From Candidatus Cloacimonadales bacterium (GTDB lineage: Bacteria > Cloacimonadota > Cloacimonadia > Cloacimonadales > JAFGVF01), in NCBI GenBank assembly GCA_963662585.1, contig OY759729.1, forward strand, positions 3,072,001-3,136,000: a stretch of DNA of 64,000 nt, written 5' to 3'. Made by a program: the position numbers and the translations under genes. Positions 42,031-53,124 of this stretch are shown in pieces. The stretch's first letter is position 1. Each line of letters opens with the position of its first letter. The notes beneath the pieces are model-generated. The model was not told the DNA's origin, made no database searches, and worked only from the letters and a program-made list of their open reading frames with translations.

Positions 42031-43248
42031 CTATTTATGAGGAACAGGTTTTGAGCCTTCCCAAACTACACGCTGAAAGCTCAATGGATCAGTATTTCCT
42101 TCTGAATTTATGAGTAGTACTTTAGATTTATCATTCAAGCAAAGCTTATCTTTTAACTCTGATAACTTTGGATTCAACGAAATATGTTTAAGAGTAGCTA
42201 AGGTAACTGCTCCAGATTCACCACTGACAATAAAGGGATCACCTTTAAGTGGAACTGCATACATTCTCATTCCTTCAGCAGCTATGTAGTCTGGAACTGA
42301 CATAAACATATCAGCAGATTCTGCCAGAACATTCCATGCTATGGGACTCGGATCACCACAGGCTAACCCTGCCATAATAGTATTCAGGTTTCCTGCAAAA
42401 TTATGTGGGTTATTATCAGCAATTTTCATACTTTGATACAGGCATGCAGCTTCTTCAGGTTCAACCACAATACAGATTGGTGATTTGTTTCCTAATATAG
42501 CATGATAGTGTCCAATAATTGCAGCAGCTAAAGCTCCAACACCTGCTTGAACAAAAATGTGAGTAGGGTACAAAACACCTTGAGCAGAGAATTGTTCTTG
42601 AATCTCTGAAACTATAGTTGTATAGCCTTGCATAATCCAGGTAGGAATCTCCTCGTAGCCATCCCAAGAGGTATCTGAGATTACTTCCCAGCCATTTTTA
42701 CTTGCATCAATATTCACCTGTCTAACAGCATCATCATAATTCCCATCAACTACTTTTATGTTAGCTCCATAGCTTTTGATTGCTTCGATTCTGGGTTGCG
42801 ATGTATCTTTATGTACATATATAACTGATTTATGACCCAACTTATCTGCAGCCCAAGCAACGCCACGGCCATGATTACCATCAGTAGCTGTTGCAAAAGT
42901 GATAACTCCAGTCTTTGATCTAACCTTATCAGAGTTTATTTCTTCATAAGTAAGTTCATGATTCACGCCTAGACGCTTTTTAATAAAACGATAAATTGCA
43001 TAAGAACCACCTAATACCTTAAATGAATTTAGACTAAGTCTACAAGATTCATCTTTAACCCAAATACCTTTTACACCAATATATTTTGCCATCTTTCGTA
43101 AGCTTTTCAAGGGGGTCATTTCAAATCCTGGAATTCCGTCGTGAAAATCCCTAGCTAATATACTTACTTCAGGTGGAAATAGTTTCTTTGAATAATCATT
43201 TTGATTATAATTTTGATGAGTGTTCTTTACCCATTTTATTCTATCCAT
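42031..43248 (-). CDS. dpaL: Diaminopropionate ammonia-lyase
   Basis: VKDES.R..LNSFKVLGG (PLP lysine), ATDGNHGRG, QAGVG, TIMAGLACG, SGESGA. Confidence 0.92.
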   Translation of the reverse strand: MDRIKWVKNTHQNYNQNDYSKKLFPPEVSILARDFHDGIPGFEMTPLKSLRKMAKYIGVKGIWVKDESCRLSLNSFKVLGGSYAIYRFIKKRLGVNHELTYEEINSDKVRSKTGVITFATATDGNHGRGVAWAADKLGHKSVIYVHKDTSQPRIEAIKSYGANIKVVDGNYDDAVRQVNIDASKNGWEVISDTSWDGYEEIPTWIMQGYTTIVSEIQEQFSAQGVLYPTHIFVQAGVGALAAAIIGHYHAILGNKSPICIVVEPEEAACLYQSMKIADNNPHNFAGNLNTIMAGLACGDPSPIAWNVLAESADMFMSVPDYIAAEGMRMYAVPLKGDPFIVSGESGAVTLATLKHISLNPKLSELKDKLCLNDKSKVLLINSEGNTDPLSFQRVVWEGSKPVPHK

Positions 43249-43557
43249 CTATATCTCCATTTCTTAATCTAAAGCTCTTTCTAAAAGACTATATGTGAAA
43301 ATTCTTCATATTTAGTACTTTCTATCTATTCTTTCTATTTCCTACCAATAAATATGTCTAGTTCAATATGTCAAACAAATTTATTCATTAAATATGATTT
43401 TTAAAATAAACTGTAAGTAGTAAATCTTCAATCGCCAAAAAACTATTACGAATAGATTTATAAAAACAAATATTTGACAGTATTTATTATTACAAATTAT
43501 TTGCTTTATAAGTTTGATTATGATAAAAATTACTTTAAGTGAGGGATAGGTGGGAAA

Positions 43558-43761
43558 ATGAATTATAAATTAGATATCATCGTCTGGGTTTTTATAATAA
43601 TAATATCATATAAAATTATTACAAATAAAGCTAAATTAATTTTTAGACTTATTGCTTTAATTTTAATAGCATTATCAGTATTATTTATGGGAGAGGTAAC
43701 TATTGTTCTAGTAGCATTATTGTCTAGAATAGTTCTGCATTTTCTTCCAAGAACAGAATAA
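43558..43761 (+). CDS. Small hydrophobic hypothetical protein
   Basis: Purine-rich RBS and 2-3 TM segments. Confidence 0.5.
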   Translation: MNYKLDIIVWVFIIIISYKIITNKAKLIFRLIALILIALSVLFMGEVTIVLVALLSRIVLHFLPRTE

Positions 43762-43836
43762 TCTTAGTACAGTTGAAGAGTTTTCCAACTATCACATTAT
43801 ACTTAAACTCAAAGTTCCTTAAATATTGGAGATGAT

Positions 43837-44103
43837 ATGCAGTTAAAAAATCTCTATCCTGAAATTATAATTTATATAATGCCATTAATTGCTTTAATAA
43901 TTCTTATGGTTAATAGGAAGAAAGAGATCATAGTTAGATGTTTCGGTGCTATACGCATTACTTTTTCCATAACTTTGATGGTAAGTTTCTTGTATTGGGG
44001 CAGACTTCATGTAACTATTTCAATGTTAATGCTTTTTGCATCTTGGTCCTTGGCAATGGGCATAACTTTATTTATCTTATATAGAAGTAAAGAAAATCAT
44101 TAA
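43837..44103 (+). CDS. Small membrane hypothetical protein
   Basis: GGAG RBS and three TM segments. Confidence 0.55.
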   Translation: MQLKNLYPEIIIYIMPLIALIILMVNRKKEIIVRCFGAIRITFSITLMVSFLYWGRLHVTISMLMLFASWSLAMGITLFILYRSKENH

Positions 44104-44352
44104 TATCATTAAATTTAATCAAAACTATTTATTTTTTGGTAATATATATTTTTCTTCTTATATTTTAAGAAATAAGGCTTATTTAGTCTAAGTATAATAG
44201 AAGTTGATGGCTCACGAGGCATGTTCGTTAATATAATTATTTAGAGATATAACTGGAAAGTTTGACTAAACCCAGATAAAAATATTATCCCATGTTTTAT
44301 AAAATTAAATATTAACTATCTGTTAGGGAAAAATTTAAAATATGGAGGAAAA

Positions 44353-45729
44353 ATGAGGAAGATAATATTATCACTTCTTCTAACTTGCTTCTTTATCACT
44401 TTGGGTGCTCAAGAGTGGAATTTGGATTTTGATGAAGCTATTAAGAAAGCAAAAGAGCAAGATAAAAATATGTTACTTGTTTTTCAGGGTTCCGACTGGT
44501 GTGTCCCTTGTATGAAATTAGAGAAAAATATCTGGGAATCTGATGAATTTATTAAATATTCTCAGGAAAATCTAGTCTTATTAAAAGCAGACTTTCCTCG
44601 GAAAAAAAGCAATAAATTATCTCAAGCTCAAATGGATAAAAATGAAATTTTATTTGAAAAATATAATACCCCTGGAAGCTTTCCTTTTGTTATTGTCTTT
44701 GATAATAGTGGTAAGATTCTAGGAACAACAGGCTATAAGGATGTTACACCTCAAGAGTATATAGCCCACTTAAATACCTTTATTCCTCAAAAAGAAAAAA
44801 CTCAAAAAGTTTTTAAGAGAGAACTAAAACTAATGGGTTCTAGATTTGATATTACTGTTACTGAGGAGTCTGCTGAGAAAGCAGATATTTATATTGATAT
44901 GGCTGTTGCTGAAATTTCGAGAATAGAAAAACTTATTTCTTCTTGGGATAAAAGCTCACAAACATCCCAGATTAATATGAATGCAGGGATTAAAGCTGTG
45001 AAAGTAGATAAAGAACTTTTTGATTTAATCAAACGCTCATTAGCGATTTCTAAGCTTACTAATGGTGCTTTTGATATCAGCTATGCTTCCATGGATAACA
45101 TTTGGAAGTATGATGGATCTATGAAAGAAATCCCTAGTGCTGAAGCTATTAAAGCTTCAATAGCAAAAGTTGGCTATGAGAATATTATTTTGGATGAAGC
45201 AGAAGAGACTGTATATTTAAAACTAAAAGGAATGAAAATTGGTTTTGGAGGTATAGGTAAAGGTTATGCTGCCGATAAGGCTAAGAGTCTTCTAATATCG
45301 AAAGGAGTAAAGGCTGGTATTATTAATGCTTCAGGTGATATGAATACTTGGGGAAAGCAAGCCAATGGGGAAGAGTGGCAAGTTGCTATTACAAATCCCT
45401 TAAATAAAGAAAAAGGTTATGGACTTCTACCTATAACAGATGGTGCTGTTGTAACATCAGGGGATTATGAAAAATTTGTTATTATTGATGGTAAAAAGTA
45501 CTCCCATATTATCGATCCAAGAACTGGTTATCCTGCTAGTGGAATTATAAGTGCAACAGTATTCGCACCTTCTGCAGAGTTTGCTGATGCTTTAGCAACT
45601 TCTATAATCGTAATGGGTACTGAAGTGGGCTTAGATAGAGTAAATCAACTCCCGAATGTAGAATGTATATTAATTGATGAGAGTGGAAATATTCATAAAT
45701 CAAATAATATAAGGATAAATGAAAAATGA
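44353..45729 (+). CDS. apbE: Exported thioredoxin-like domain fused to FAD:protein FMN transferase
   Basis: Signal peptide; GSDWCVPC; then GGIGKGYAAD, INASGD, TSGDYE, HIIDPRTG and ADALAT. Confidence 0.9.
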   Translation: MRKIILSLLLTCFFITLGAQEWNLDFDEAIKKAKEQDKNMLLVFQGSDWCVPCMKLEKNIWESDEFIKYSQENLVLLKADFPRKKSNKLSQAQMDKNEILFEKYNTPGSFPFVIVFDNSGKILGTTGYKDVTPQEYIAHLNTFIPQKEKTQKVFKRELKLMGSRFDITVTEESAEKADIYIDMAVAEISRIEKLISSWDKSSQTSQINMNAGIKAVKVDKELFDLIKRSLAISKLTNGAFDISYASMDNIWKYDGSMKEIPSAEAIKASIAKVGYENIILDEAEETVYLKLKGMKIGFGGIGKGYAADKAKSLLISKGVKAGIINASGDMNTWGKQANGEEWQVAITNPLNKEKGYGLLPITDGAVVTSGDYEKFVIIDGKKYSHIIDPRTGYPASGIISATVFAPSAEFADALATSIIVMGTEVGLDRVNQLPNVECILIDESGNIHKSNNIRINEK

Positions 45730-45950
45730 AAAATAAAATACTAAGTTTAGTTCTAGTCTCAATTTTTATTTTACTCCTTTTATCTTCTTGCACTGCTGTT
45801 AAAAGCTATCAAAAGATAAATCTTAGTGATCCTGATATGGAATTGTCAGAAAGACATGCCAAGAAGTTTGAAACTGCTGCACAAGTTTACCGCGAAGGGG
45901 CTTCAGGAGCTAATGGTGGAAAATCAGGAGGTGGCTGTGGATGTAACTAA
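45726..45950 (+). CDS. DUF4266-like lipoprotein
   Basis: Lipobox LSSC; ends YREGASGA.GG..GGGCGCN. Confidence 0.88.
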   Translation: MKNKILSLVLVSIFILLLLSSCTAVKSYQKINLSDPDMELSERHAKKFETAAQVYREGASGANGGKSGGGCGCN

Positions 45951-47415
45951 AAGAATTCTTCTAACCATTGCACTTCTAGCTATTATAGCTTTGGGATTTG
46001 CCCAAGGTAACGCTTCGGACAAGACTAGCTCTGTCTATAAGAAAAGAGTTTTAGAAAACATCGAAATTGATATTTTAAGCTCTTATTATACTCAAGATGG
46101 CGATAACGCTGCAGTTACCGGGGGAATAGGTACAGAGAAATTAGATGATACTGCTTTTAATATTAGTATAGCAATTCCCTTAAGTGATGATGATGTTCTC
46201 TCTATTGATGGAACTGTTTCAGCTTATACATCTGCTTCTTCTAGTAATTTGAATCCTTTCTCAGGTGCATCTTCAGGAGAAGATGATGACGATAAAGATG
46301 GTGATGACGACGATGACGATGATGACTATAGTACTTCAGCTACTAGGGGAAGTCCTTGGGTAGAATCTTCAGGAGCCTCTAGAGAAGATGTATGGGTGAG
46401 TGGTAATCTTGCTTATAGTCATACTTCAGATGATAGAAATAATATTTGGGGTGCTAATGTAAATTTTGCTAATGAATATGATTATTCTTCCTTGGGATTT
46501 GGAGCAAGTTTTGCTAAACTATTTAATGAACAAAATACTGAGCTTGGTATAAAAGGAAATGTCTATTTAGATACTTGGAGACCAGAATATCCCACTGAAA
46601 TAGCTGAATATGTTCACTACAATGGGAATTTCTCAGCAGGTTTCTTCCAAGATGTTGATATCCTAGACAGCAATGGGATTGTTGTTAGTGGGGCTGATGG
46701 TTGGAAACCTATATCTAATACTTTAATCAAGGATAAAGCTAGAGACTCTTACTCATTATCATTAAGTCTTTCTCAAATGCTAAGTATGAATGCTCAAGTA
46801 TCTCTGTTTGTAGATCTTGTAATGCAAAAAGGTTGGTTAGCTAACCCAATGCAAAGAGTATATTTTCAAGACAAAGATAACTTTTTTATAGGTAACGCTG
46901 CTGATATTCCTAACTATACGACTACTTCTAATAGGGAAGTTTTTCAGTTAGCAGATGATATTGAAAGATTACCTGATAATAGATTAAAAACACCTATGGG
47001 AATGCGTTTTAACTACTTTGTTAATGAATTCGTGGTGTTAAGGAATTACTATAGATATTACACCGACGATTGGGGAATAGATTCTCATACTGCAGACATA
47101 GAAGTCCCTATAAAGATAAGTCAAAGTTTCACTGTCTATCCATCATTCAGATATTATACCCAGACTCAAGCTGAATATTTTGCTGATTATGAAGAACATT
47201 TATCAACAGAAGAATTTTATACTTCTGATTATGATCTGTCAAAGTTTAACTCTTCCCAGTTTGGCTTGGGGATTCAATATAATGATCTATTTTCAAAAAC
47301 TAATTTCTGGATGCTTGGTTTGAAAAACATCAATCTGAATTACAGTTACAGTAAAAGAAATACTGGTTTAGAATATCATATAGTCTCTTTAGGAACAAAA
47401 TTTATGATTAAGTAA
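45937..47415 (+). CDS. DUF3570-like outer-membrane protein
   Basis: GTG after AGGAGG overlapping the end of the DUF4266 gene; SYY.QDG, YTSASS, EYDY.S, ERLP..R, YRYY.DDWGI.SHT, SDYDLS. Confidence 0.85.
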   Translation: MDVTKRILLTIALLAIIALGFAQGNASDKTSSVYKKRVLENIEIDILSSYYTQDGDNAAVTGGIGTEKLDDTAFNISIAIPLSDDDVLSIDGTVSAYTSASSSNLNPFSGASSGEDDDDKDGDDDDDDDDYSTSATRGSPWVESSGASREDVWVSGNLAYSHTSDDRNNIWGANVNFANEYDYSSLGFGASFAKLFNEQNTELGIKGNVYLDTWRPEYPTEIAEYVHYNGNFSAGFFQDVDILDSNGIVVSGADGWKPISNTLIKDKARDSYSLSLSLSQMLSMNAQVSLFVDLVMQKGWLANPMQRVYFQDKDNFFIGNAADIPNYTTTSNREVFQLADDIERLPDNRLKTPMGMRFNYFVNEFVVLRNYYRYYTDDWGIDSHTADIEVPIKISQSFTVYPSFRYYTQTQAEYFADYEEHLSTEEFYTSDYDLSKFNSSQFGLGIQYNDLFSKTNFWMLGLKNINLNYSYSKRNTGLEYHIVSLGTKFMIK

Positions 47416-47617
47416 ATCTTAAGATTGTAGGCTTAGCTTACCGAACTTTAGACATTTAGCACAGACTTGTAGGTCAATGAATCATCTGCAAGTCTGTGTT
47501 TAATAACCTAGTCATTCTAGAATAATCTCTACGAACAATAATCCGATTGAAGATATATATATATAATTAATCTAAAATCAAAACAATGAATTAAATTTAT
47601 TAACCATGGGAGTAATA

Positions 47618-48244
47618 ATGAAAGTAATAGCAATTAATGGAAGTCCTAGAGCAAATGGTAATACGAACCATGCAATTAAAGAAGTATTTAAAGAATTAGA
47701 AAAAGAGAATATTGAAACAGAAATTATCCATATAGGAAAAGAAAAGATTAGTGGATGTATGGGTTGTGGAAAGTGCTATAAAACAAAAGATGATAAGTGT
47801 ATAATTCAAGATGATAAGTTGAATTTATGGATAGAGAAATTAAAAGAAGCTGATGGAATTATCTTTGGTTCTCCTGTGTTTTATGCTGGGATGAATGGAA
47901 CAATGAAATCCTTTATGGACCGACTATTCTATGTTGCTGGAGCAAATGGGATTTTTAGACATAAAGTTGGTGCCGCTGTCGTAGCTGTGAGAAGATCAGG
48001 AGGGATTCCTACTTTCAATCAATTGAATATTTACATGACTTATTCCGAGATGGTACTTGCCAGCTCTAACTATTGGAATGTTATTCATGGTACCATGCCT
48101 AAAGATGCAGAACAAGACGCAGAAGGGAATCAGATTATGCAAGTATTAGGTCAGAATATGGCTTGGCTTCTTAAAACTATAGCTGAATCTAAGGTTGAAA
48201 AACCTGCAAAAGTTAAGAAAGTAATGACTAATTTTATTAGATAG
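47618..48244 (+). CDS. Iron-sulfur flavoprotein / NADPH-dependent FMN reductase family
   Basis: INGSPR.NGNT, CMGCGKC....KC, GSPV, RRSGG; ATG 47618 follows GGAG. Confidence 0.9.
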   Translation: MKVIAINGSPRANGNTNHAIKEVFKELEKENIETEIIHIGKEKISGCMGCGKCYKTKDDKCIIQDDKLNLWIEKLKEADGIIFGSPVFYAGMNGTMKSFMDRLFYVAGANGIFRHKVGAAVVAVRRSGGIPTFNQLNIYMTYSEMVLASSNYWNVIHGTMPKDAEQDAEGNQIMQVLGQNMAWLLKTIAESKVEKPAKVKKVMTNFIR

Positions 48245-48895
48245 GGGAGATGGCTTAATTATTTTATTAATACTGAGCAGGAATCTAAATATAGATCTTG
48301 CTCAGTATAAAAGCTTAATAAGAGATCTGGATTGGGATATAAATCAAAAAGAAGACACATGCAAGAGTTAAAATACTACTTAAAAATAGTTTCTTGTAAT
48401 TAACATGATTATTTTGAAATGCTCTTATGGTATGGTATTATGCAAGTTATAACTAAGCAACATACTACTTAAGGATGTCGTAATTCCTGCCAGTATTTAA
48501 GAAGCTATTTCCTACTTTAATTTTCTTCTGAAAGGAAAATAATCATCATGTAAATTATAATAATGATATCAAAGTTAGGTGCAAAATTAACTTAGCTTTT
48601 TGATTCTTATAGATTATAGTATTACTAAAGCGAAATTTATTATTATTAAATAGAAAAATCTCGTGTGATTACCCTATTAATTTTATTATAATATTTAGAT
48701 ATTGTAAATGAAGTATTTATTAAAGATATATAATTTCTTGAAATTTCACTTTACAAAAAAAATAAGGAAATTATTTTGAATATATATGGTTTTGATTATG
48801 TTTTAGCTTAGCGAAACAATAGGATGTGAAGGTTAATAAAAAAAATTGCTTCTATATAAGAATTATGAATTTTTATTTAAAAGTATTGGAGTATT

Positions 48896-50854
48896 GTGGA
48901 GAAGAATTATTTTATTGAGGAATTAAATAACTATTTGAAAGCTAGAGATAAAGATAATTTTCTTAAGAGATATGATGAGATAATTAAAGATATATCATCT
49001 ACTAGTGAAGAGTATCTAGACTTGAAATTGGTGAGAATAACTTATGAGTTTTTGTTTGTAGGTGATTTTGAAAAACTGTATGCTGATATCAAACAGCTTG
49101 AGCCATTAATATTTGCCAATGCTTCTGACATAAAAAAGATCAAATTATTAGTTAATAAGGGAATTGTTTTAGGTAGATTAAAAAGATTTGACGAAGCTAT
49201 TACTGTCTATAATAGATCTTTAGAGTATTGCGGAAATGACGATATGGTCATTTATAAGATTGATATCTTAACTAATATGGGAGTAATATTTTTTAGAAAA
49301 AATGAGCGTAACAAATCCTTAAAATATTACCTTAAAGCTTATGATTTGAATAAAAAGTTCAACTGTCAAATTAAGTTAACAACAATTTTAGTGAATATTG
49401 GTGTAATTTATCTAAACTTAGCAGAATATAATAAAGCGATTTATTATTTTGAATTATGTCTGAAAACAATTCCAAGCTCTCGAGAATACACTAAATTATC
49501 AATTTACTTCAATTTGATAATATCTTATTCATTTATTGGAGATTATGAAAGTTCGTATAAAATGATAGAGCTGAGTCAAGCTCTTAGCAGTAATTTTAGT
49601 CAGAATGATGAACTCTCATTTCATAAAGCATTAGCTATTTATTATTCTAATAAAAAAGAACTAACAAATGCAATTGAAGAATACACTTTTGTTTTAAGCA
49701 GATTAAAAGGCATTGTTCATGCTAAAGAAAGAGTAATTTATAAGACTGAGATAGGCAAAATCTACTTAGAAATGCAGGAATATAATGAATGTAGTAAGAT
49801 AATTGAATCGATTGATAGTGATGCCCAATTGGAAGTGTTTGCTCTTGATAACAGTGATTTCTTATCCCTAAAAGTTTCATACTATACATATATAAAAGAT
49901 TTTGAAAAAGCACTTAAATGTTCTCAATTAATAAATGAAATCAAGACTAAGGAACATACAGCGTTAGAGAAGCAATTTAACGAAGATTTAACACTTTCTA
50001 TTGTTACTCAGTGTAATGATATCAGTCTTGATGCCTATGATGAAAAGATTAGAGAACTTGAAGATATTAACAAAGAACTGATTGAAAAAGAGACTCTTCT
50101 AGTTGAATCATTAAATGAATTAAGAAATGAATCTAAATTAAGAGAAAAATTAATATCGATTATAAGTCATGATTTAAGAGCTCCTATAGGTAATATCATT
50201 CTCTTGTTAGAAATGCTTGAAGATTTTGAAGATGAGAATGAGAAAATAGAAATCATTAATGAAGTTGTTTATGGTATGAAACAAACTTATACCTTAACTA
50301 ATGAACTGGTTTCTTGGGCAAAAGATATACTTGAAGCTAAGCAATCCAGTCTATTTTTTCTCAATGTAAAAGAAATTGTTGCAGATATTGAAATGCTTTA
50401 TAAACAACAACTTCAAGCAAAACATATTGTGATTATTAATAACCTAAGTGATGATAAAGTTATTTTTTCCCATAAGACATCAATTAAGACTTGTTTTAGG
50501 AATATTATTCAGAATGCCATTAAATATTCTGAGCCTTATTCTAGAATAGAGGTTAATCAAGAAGAAAATCTAGACAGTATAACTTACTCTATCCAGGATT
50601 TTGGTAAAGGAATTTCGCCTGAAGGAATTAAAGACCTTTTCCATGTTAGTAAAATCCCAACGCTTGGCACGAAGCAGGAGTCCGGAATTGGAATCGGTTT
50701 ACTTTTAGTTAAAGAATTGATAGCTCAGAATAATGGTCAAATTAAATGTGATTCAGCCTTGGGTAAAGGTACTACTTTCTTCTTATCTTTCCCTAAAGAT
50801 CCTAATGACAAGTTAAATCCTCTAGAAACTAGTAAGGACAAGGCTAAGATATAG
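48896..50854 (+). CDS. TPR-containing sensor histidine kinase
   Basis: TPR helices, SHDLRAP, NAIKY, DFGKG, GIGL. Confidence 0.88.
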   Translation: MEKNYFIEELNNYLKARDKDNFLKRYDEIIKDISSTSEEYLDLKLVRITYEFLFVGDFEKLYADIKQLEPLIFANASDIKKIKLLVNKGIVLGRLKRFDEAITVYNRSLEYCGNDDMVIYKIDILTNMGVIFFRKNERNKSLKYYLKAYDLNKKFNCQIKLTTILVNIGVIYLNLAEYNKAIYYFELCLKTIPSSREYTKLSIYFNLIISYSFIGDYESSYKMIELSQALSSNFSQNDELSFHKALAIYYSNKKELTNAIEEYTFVLSRLKGIVHAKERVIYKTEIGKIYLEMQEYNECSKIIESIDSDAQLEVFALDNSDFLSLKVSYYTYIKDFEKALKCSQLINEIKTKEHTALEKQFNEDLTLSIVTQCNDISLDAYDEKIRELEDINKELIEKETLLVESLNELRNESKLREKLISIISHDLRAPIGNIILLLEMLEDFEDENEKIEIINEVVYGMKQTYTLTNELVSWAKDILEAKQSSLFFLNVKEIVADIEMLYKQQLQAKHIVIINNLSDDKVIFSHKTSIKTCFRNIIQNAIKYSEPYSRIEVNQEENLDSITYSIQDFGKGISPEGIKDLFHVSKIPTLGTKQESGIGIGLLLVKELIAQNNGQIKCDSALGKGTTFFLSFPKDPNDKLNPLETSKDKAKI

Positions 50855-51233
50855 AAAGATATTTTGTATAAAAATACAAGAGTAAGCTAGAATGTCCATT
50901 CCTAAAGAATTTGACCGATTTTTGGCAATTATCATTTTCTTATCCCTTGTCCGCTAACACGGTCAGGCACTTTCGGGGATGGGCTCTTAGAGTGTCTTGC
51001 TAACACTCCCTATTAGATGCCATCCCGCTGGGATTTAAGAGATCTGGTCACATTCTTAGAACTTTTCTTAAAAACTCTGTGAAACTCCTCTCAAAACTCC
51101 TCTTTACTCTCTGTTAAGGTTCTTTTCTAAATTCGCTTGGCTTGGCCTAGCTTATGCTAAGACTCCTGGAGATTTGATTTAATTCGCGTTAATTCGTGTG
51201 AAAGTTTCTATTTCAAATCTCTCAAGCTAGCAA

Positions 51234-52091
51234 CTACCAACCTCGAGATTTTTTCATTTGGTCTCTGTTAAATTTCTCTTGCTGTTCCTTCCATCTTCGG
51301 TCATCATCTCTTCTTCTCTTCTCATTTGCATTAGATTTTTTAAGGGCTTTGTCATAGTCATCATCGCTAGCATAAGAAGAACCTGTTCTTGGAGCATTCA
51401 TTCCTTTGAGCATAGAGACTAAAACTGAAATTCCAACAAAAGCAACAATGATAACTCCCAAAACAATACCAACACCAATTATGAAATAAGTTATAGCCAA
51501 AGTAACAAAGAAAACTAATATGCTAGCAATAATTCCATGCAGAATTTGATAAATAATGGTATATAAAGCTACTAATTTAAAAACGAAGATTTCTCTAAGG
51601 ATAGCCCAAACTGCTCCTATACTTAATAATACCAATCCGCTCCATAATGTCCAGATAACCCAATGCTGGCCGTAAGGAATTTGCAGTAGATTAATATTAG
51701 AGAAGAAAGCAATCAAGTAATCATACCAGAATGTAAAAATGATTGTGATAATGAAGCTATATCCTAACCAGAAGAGGTAATATCTGCCCTCTTTAGCTAC
51801 AAAATCTCCTTGAGTATCTTTATTAAAAAGTTCCTGAAAGCTACCATTTACAACAATAAAGACAATCCACAGTACTATTGCACTTAATAATCCTACCCAA
51901 AAGCGCCAGTGTTTCCAACTAACGAAATTCTTTAAGTATTCGAAAAATTGTGGTACATTATGCACTTCCTTGATTTGTGAAAAAGTAGATAATTCGGTTT
52001 GAATAGTAAATATTTGCCGGATGCTTTCCAATTCAGCAAATAAGGATAAGCTTATCATCAATAAAATAGTAATTAGCATGATTTTTTTCAT
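51234..52091 (-). CDS. Hypothetical membrane protein
   Basis: Signal peptide, several TM helices and a charged C-terminal tail. Confidence 0.7.
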   Translation of the reverse strand: MKKIMLITILLMISLSLFAELESIRQIFTIQTELSTFSQIKEVHNVPQFFEYLKNFVSWKHWRFWVGLLSAIVLWIVFIVVNGSFQELFNKDTQGDFVAKEGRYYLFWLGYSFIITIIFTFWYDYLIAFFSNINLLQIPYGQHWVIWTLWSGLVLLSIGAVWAILREIFVFKLVALYTIIYQILHGIIASILVFFVTLAITYFIIGVGIVLGVIIVAFVGISVLVSMLKGMNAPRTGSSYASDDDYDKALKKSNANEKRRRDDDRRWKEQQEKFNRDQMKKSRGW

Positions 52092-52417
52092 TTAAGATTC
52101 CTTTGTTATAAGTAGAATTTGAATTTAAATAACTTAGCATAGTGTCTTAATTTAAAAAAAATACATAAAAAATGTTTGTCAAGTGAAAATATAGGGTGTT
52201 GATCCAGTTATAAAGTTAAATCAAGCAAATGGGGCAGTACTTTAACAGAATAATGTTAGAATAATCGTGAAGTTCTATAGTATTATTCTGTTTTAATCAT
52301 TTCGCTATAATCCCCTTCCTACCCTTTGGTCTTACAATGCTCCTTAACTCTTGTTTAAAATAAAAGTCGAAAAATAATAGTGATGAGTGAGAAGGAGGAA
52401 AGGAGAATAATATAAAG

Positions 52418-52440
52418 AAAAAGCCGTCTTAAGACGGCTA
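52418..52440 (-). terminator. Terminator after tRNA-Gly(CCC)
   Basis: AGCCGTC-ttaa-GACGGCT plus a U tail on the minus strand. Confidence 0.75.
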
Positions 52441-52444
52441 AATA

Positions 52445-52518
52445 TGGAGCGGTAATGGGGATTGAACCCACGACCCCAGCGTTGGGAACGCTGTGCTCTA
52501 CCACTGAGCTACACCCGC
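52445..52518 (-). tRNA. tRNA-Gly(CCC), 3' acceptor strand 1 nt short
   Basis: Anticodon arm CAGCG-TT-CCC-AA-CGCTG; CCA encoded. Confidence 0.85.
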
Positions 52519-52540
52519 AAATATTATAGTATAGAACTGG

Positions 52541-52563
52541 AAAAAGCCGTCAAAAGACGGCTT
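52541..52563 (-). terminator. Terminator after tRNA-Gly(GCC)
   Basis: AAGCCGTC-aaaa-GACGGCTT plus a U tail on the minus strand. Confidence 0.75.
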
Positions 52564-52569
52564 AAAGAA

Positions 52570-52644
52570 TGGAGCGGGAAATGGGGTTCGAACCCACGAC
52601 CCCAACGTTGGCAACGTTGTGCTCTACCACTGAGCTACTCCCGC
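52570..52644 (-). tRNA. tRNA-Gly(GCC)
   Basis: Full cloverleaf, anticodon GCC, CCA end. Confidence 0.97.
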
Positions 52645-52658
52645 TCGAGAAAAATATA

Positions 52659-52745
52659 TGGTACCAGAGACCGGACTTGAACCGGTACAGGATTACTCCC
52701 GAGGGATTTTAAGTCCCTTGTGTCTACCATTTCCACCACTCCGGC
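52659..52745 (-). tRNA. tRNA-Leu(TAA)
   Basis: AGGGA-CT-TAA-AA-TCCCT, long variable arm, CCA end. Confidence 0.97.
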
Positions 52746-52812
52746 ATTATAACCACTTTCAGAGAAAGTTTGGCATAATATCAATAGAAAATTATATGAA
52801 TTAAATTAAGAA

Positions 52813-52887
52813 TGGAGCGGGAAATGGGGTTCGAACCCACGACCCCAACGTTGGCAACGTTGTGCTCTACCACTGAGCTACTCCCGC
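52813..52887 (-). tRNA. tRNA-Gly(GCC)
   Basis: Identical to 52570-52644. Confidence 0.97.
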
Positions 52888-52899
52888 TCGAAAAAAATA

Positions 52900-52986
52900 T
52901 GGTACCAGAGACCGGACTTGAACCGGTACAGGATTGCTCCCGAGGGATTTTAAGTCCCTTGTGTCTACCATTTCCACCACTCCGGC
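52900..52986 (-). tRNA. tRNA-Leu(TAA)
   Basis: Differs from 52659-52745 by one variable-arm base. Confidence 0.97.
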
Positions 52987-53002
52987 AAATAACATATATA
53001 AA

Positions 53003-53076
53003 TGGAGGCGACACCCAGATTCGAACTGGGGATGGAGATTTTGCAGACCTCTGCCTTACCACTTGGCGATGTCGCC
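53003..53076 (-). tRNA. tRNA-Cys(GCA)
   Basis: GAGGT-CT-GCA-AA-ATCTC, U73 discriminator, CCA end. Confidence 0.97.
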
Positions 53077-53124
53077 CTAATTTAATTCATATTCTAAACA
53101 CACTAATAACTGTTTTAATGATAA

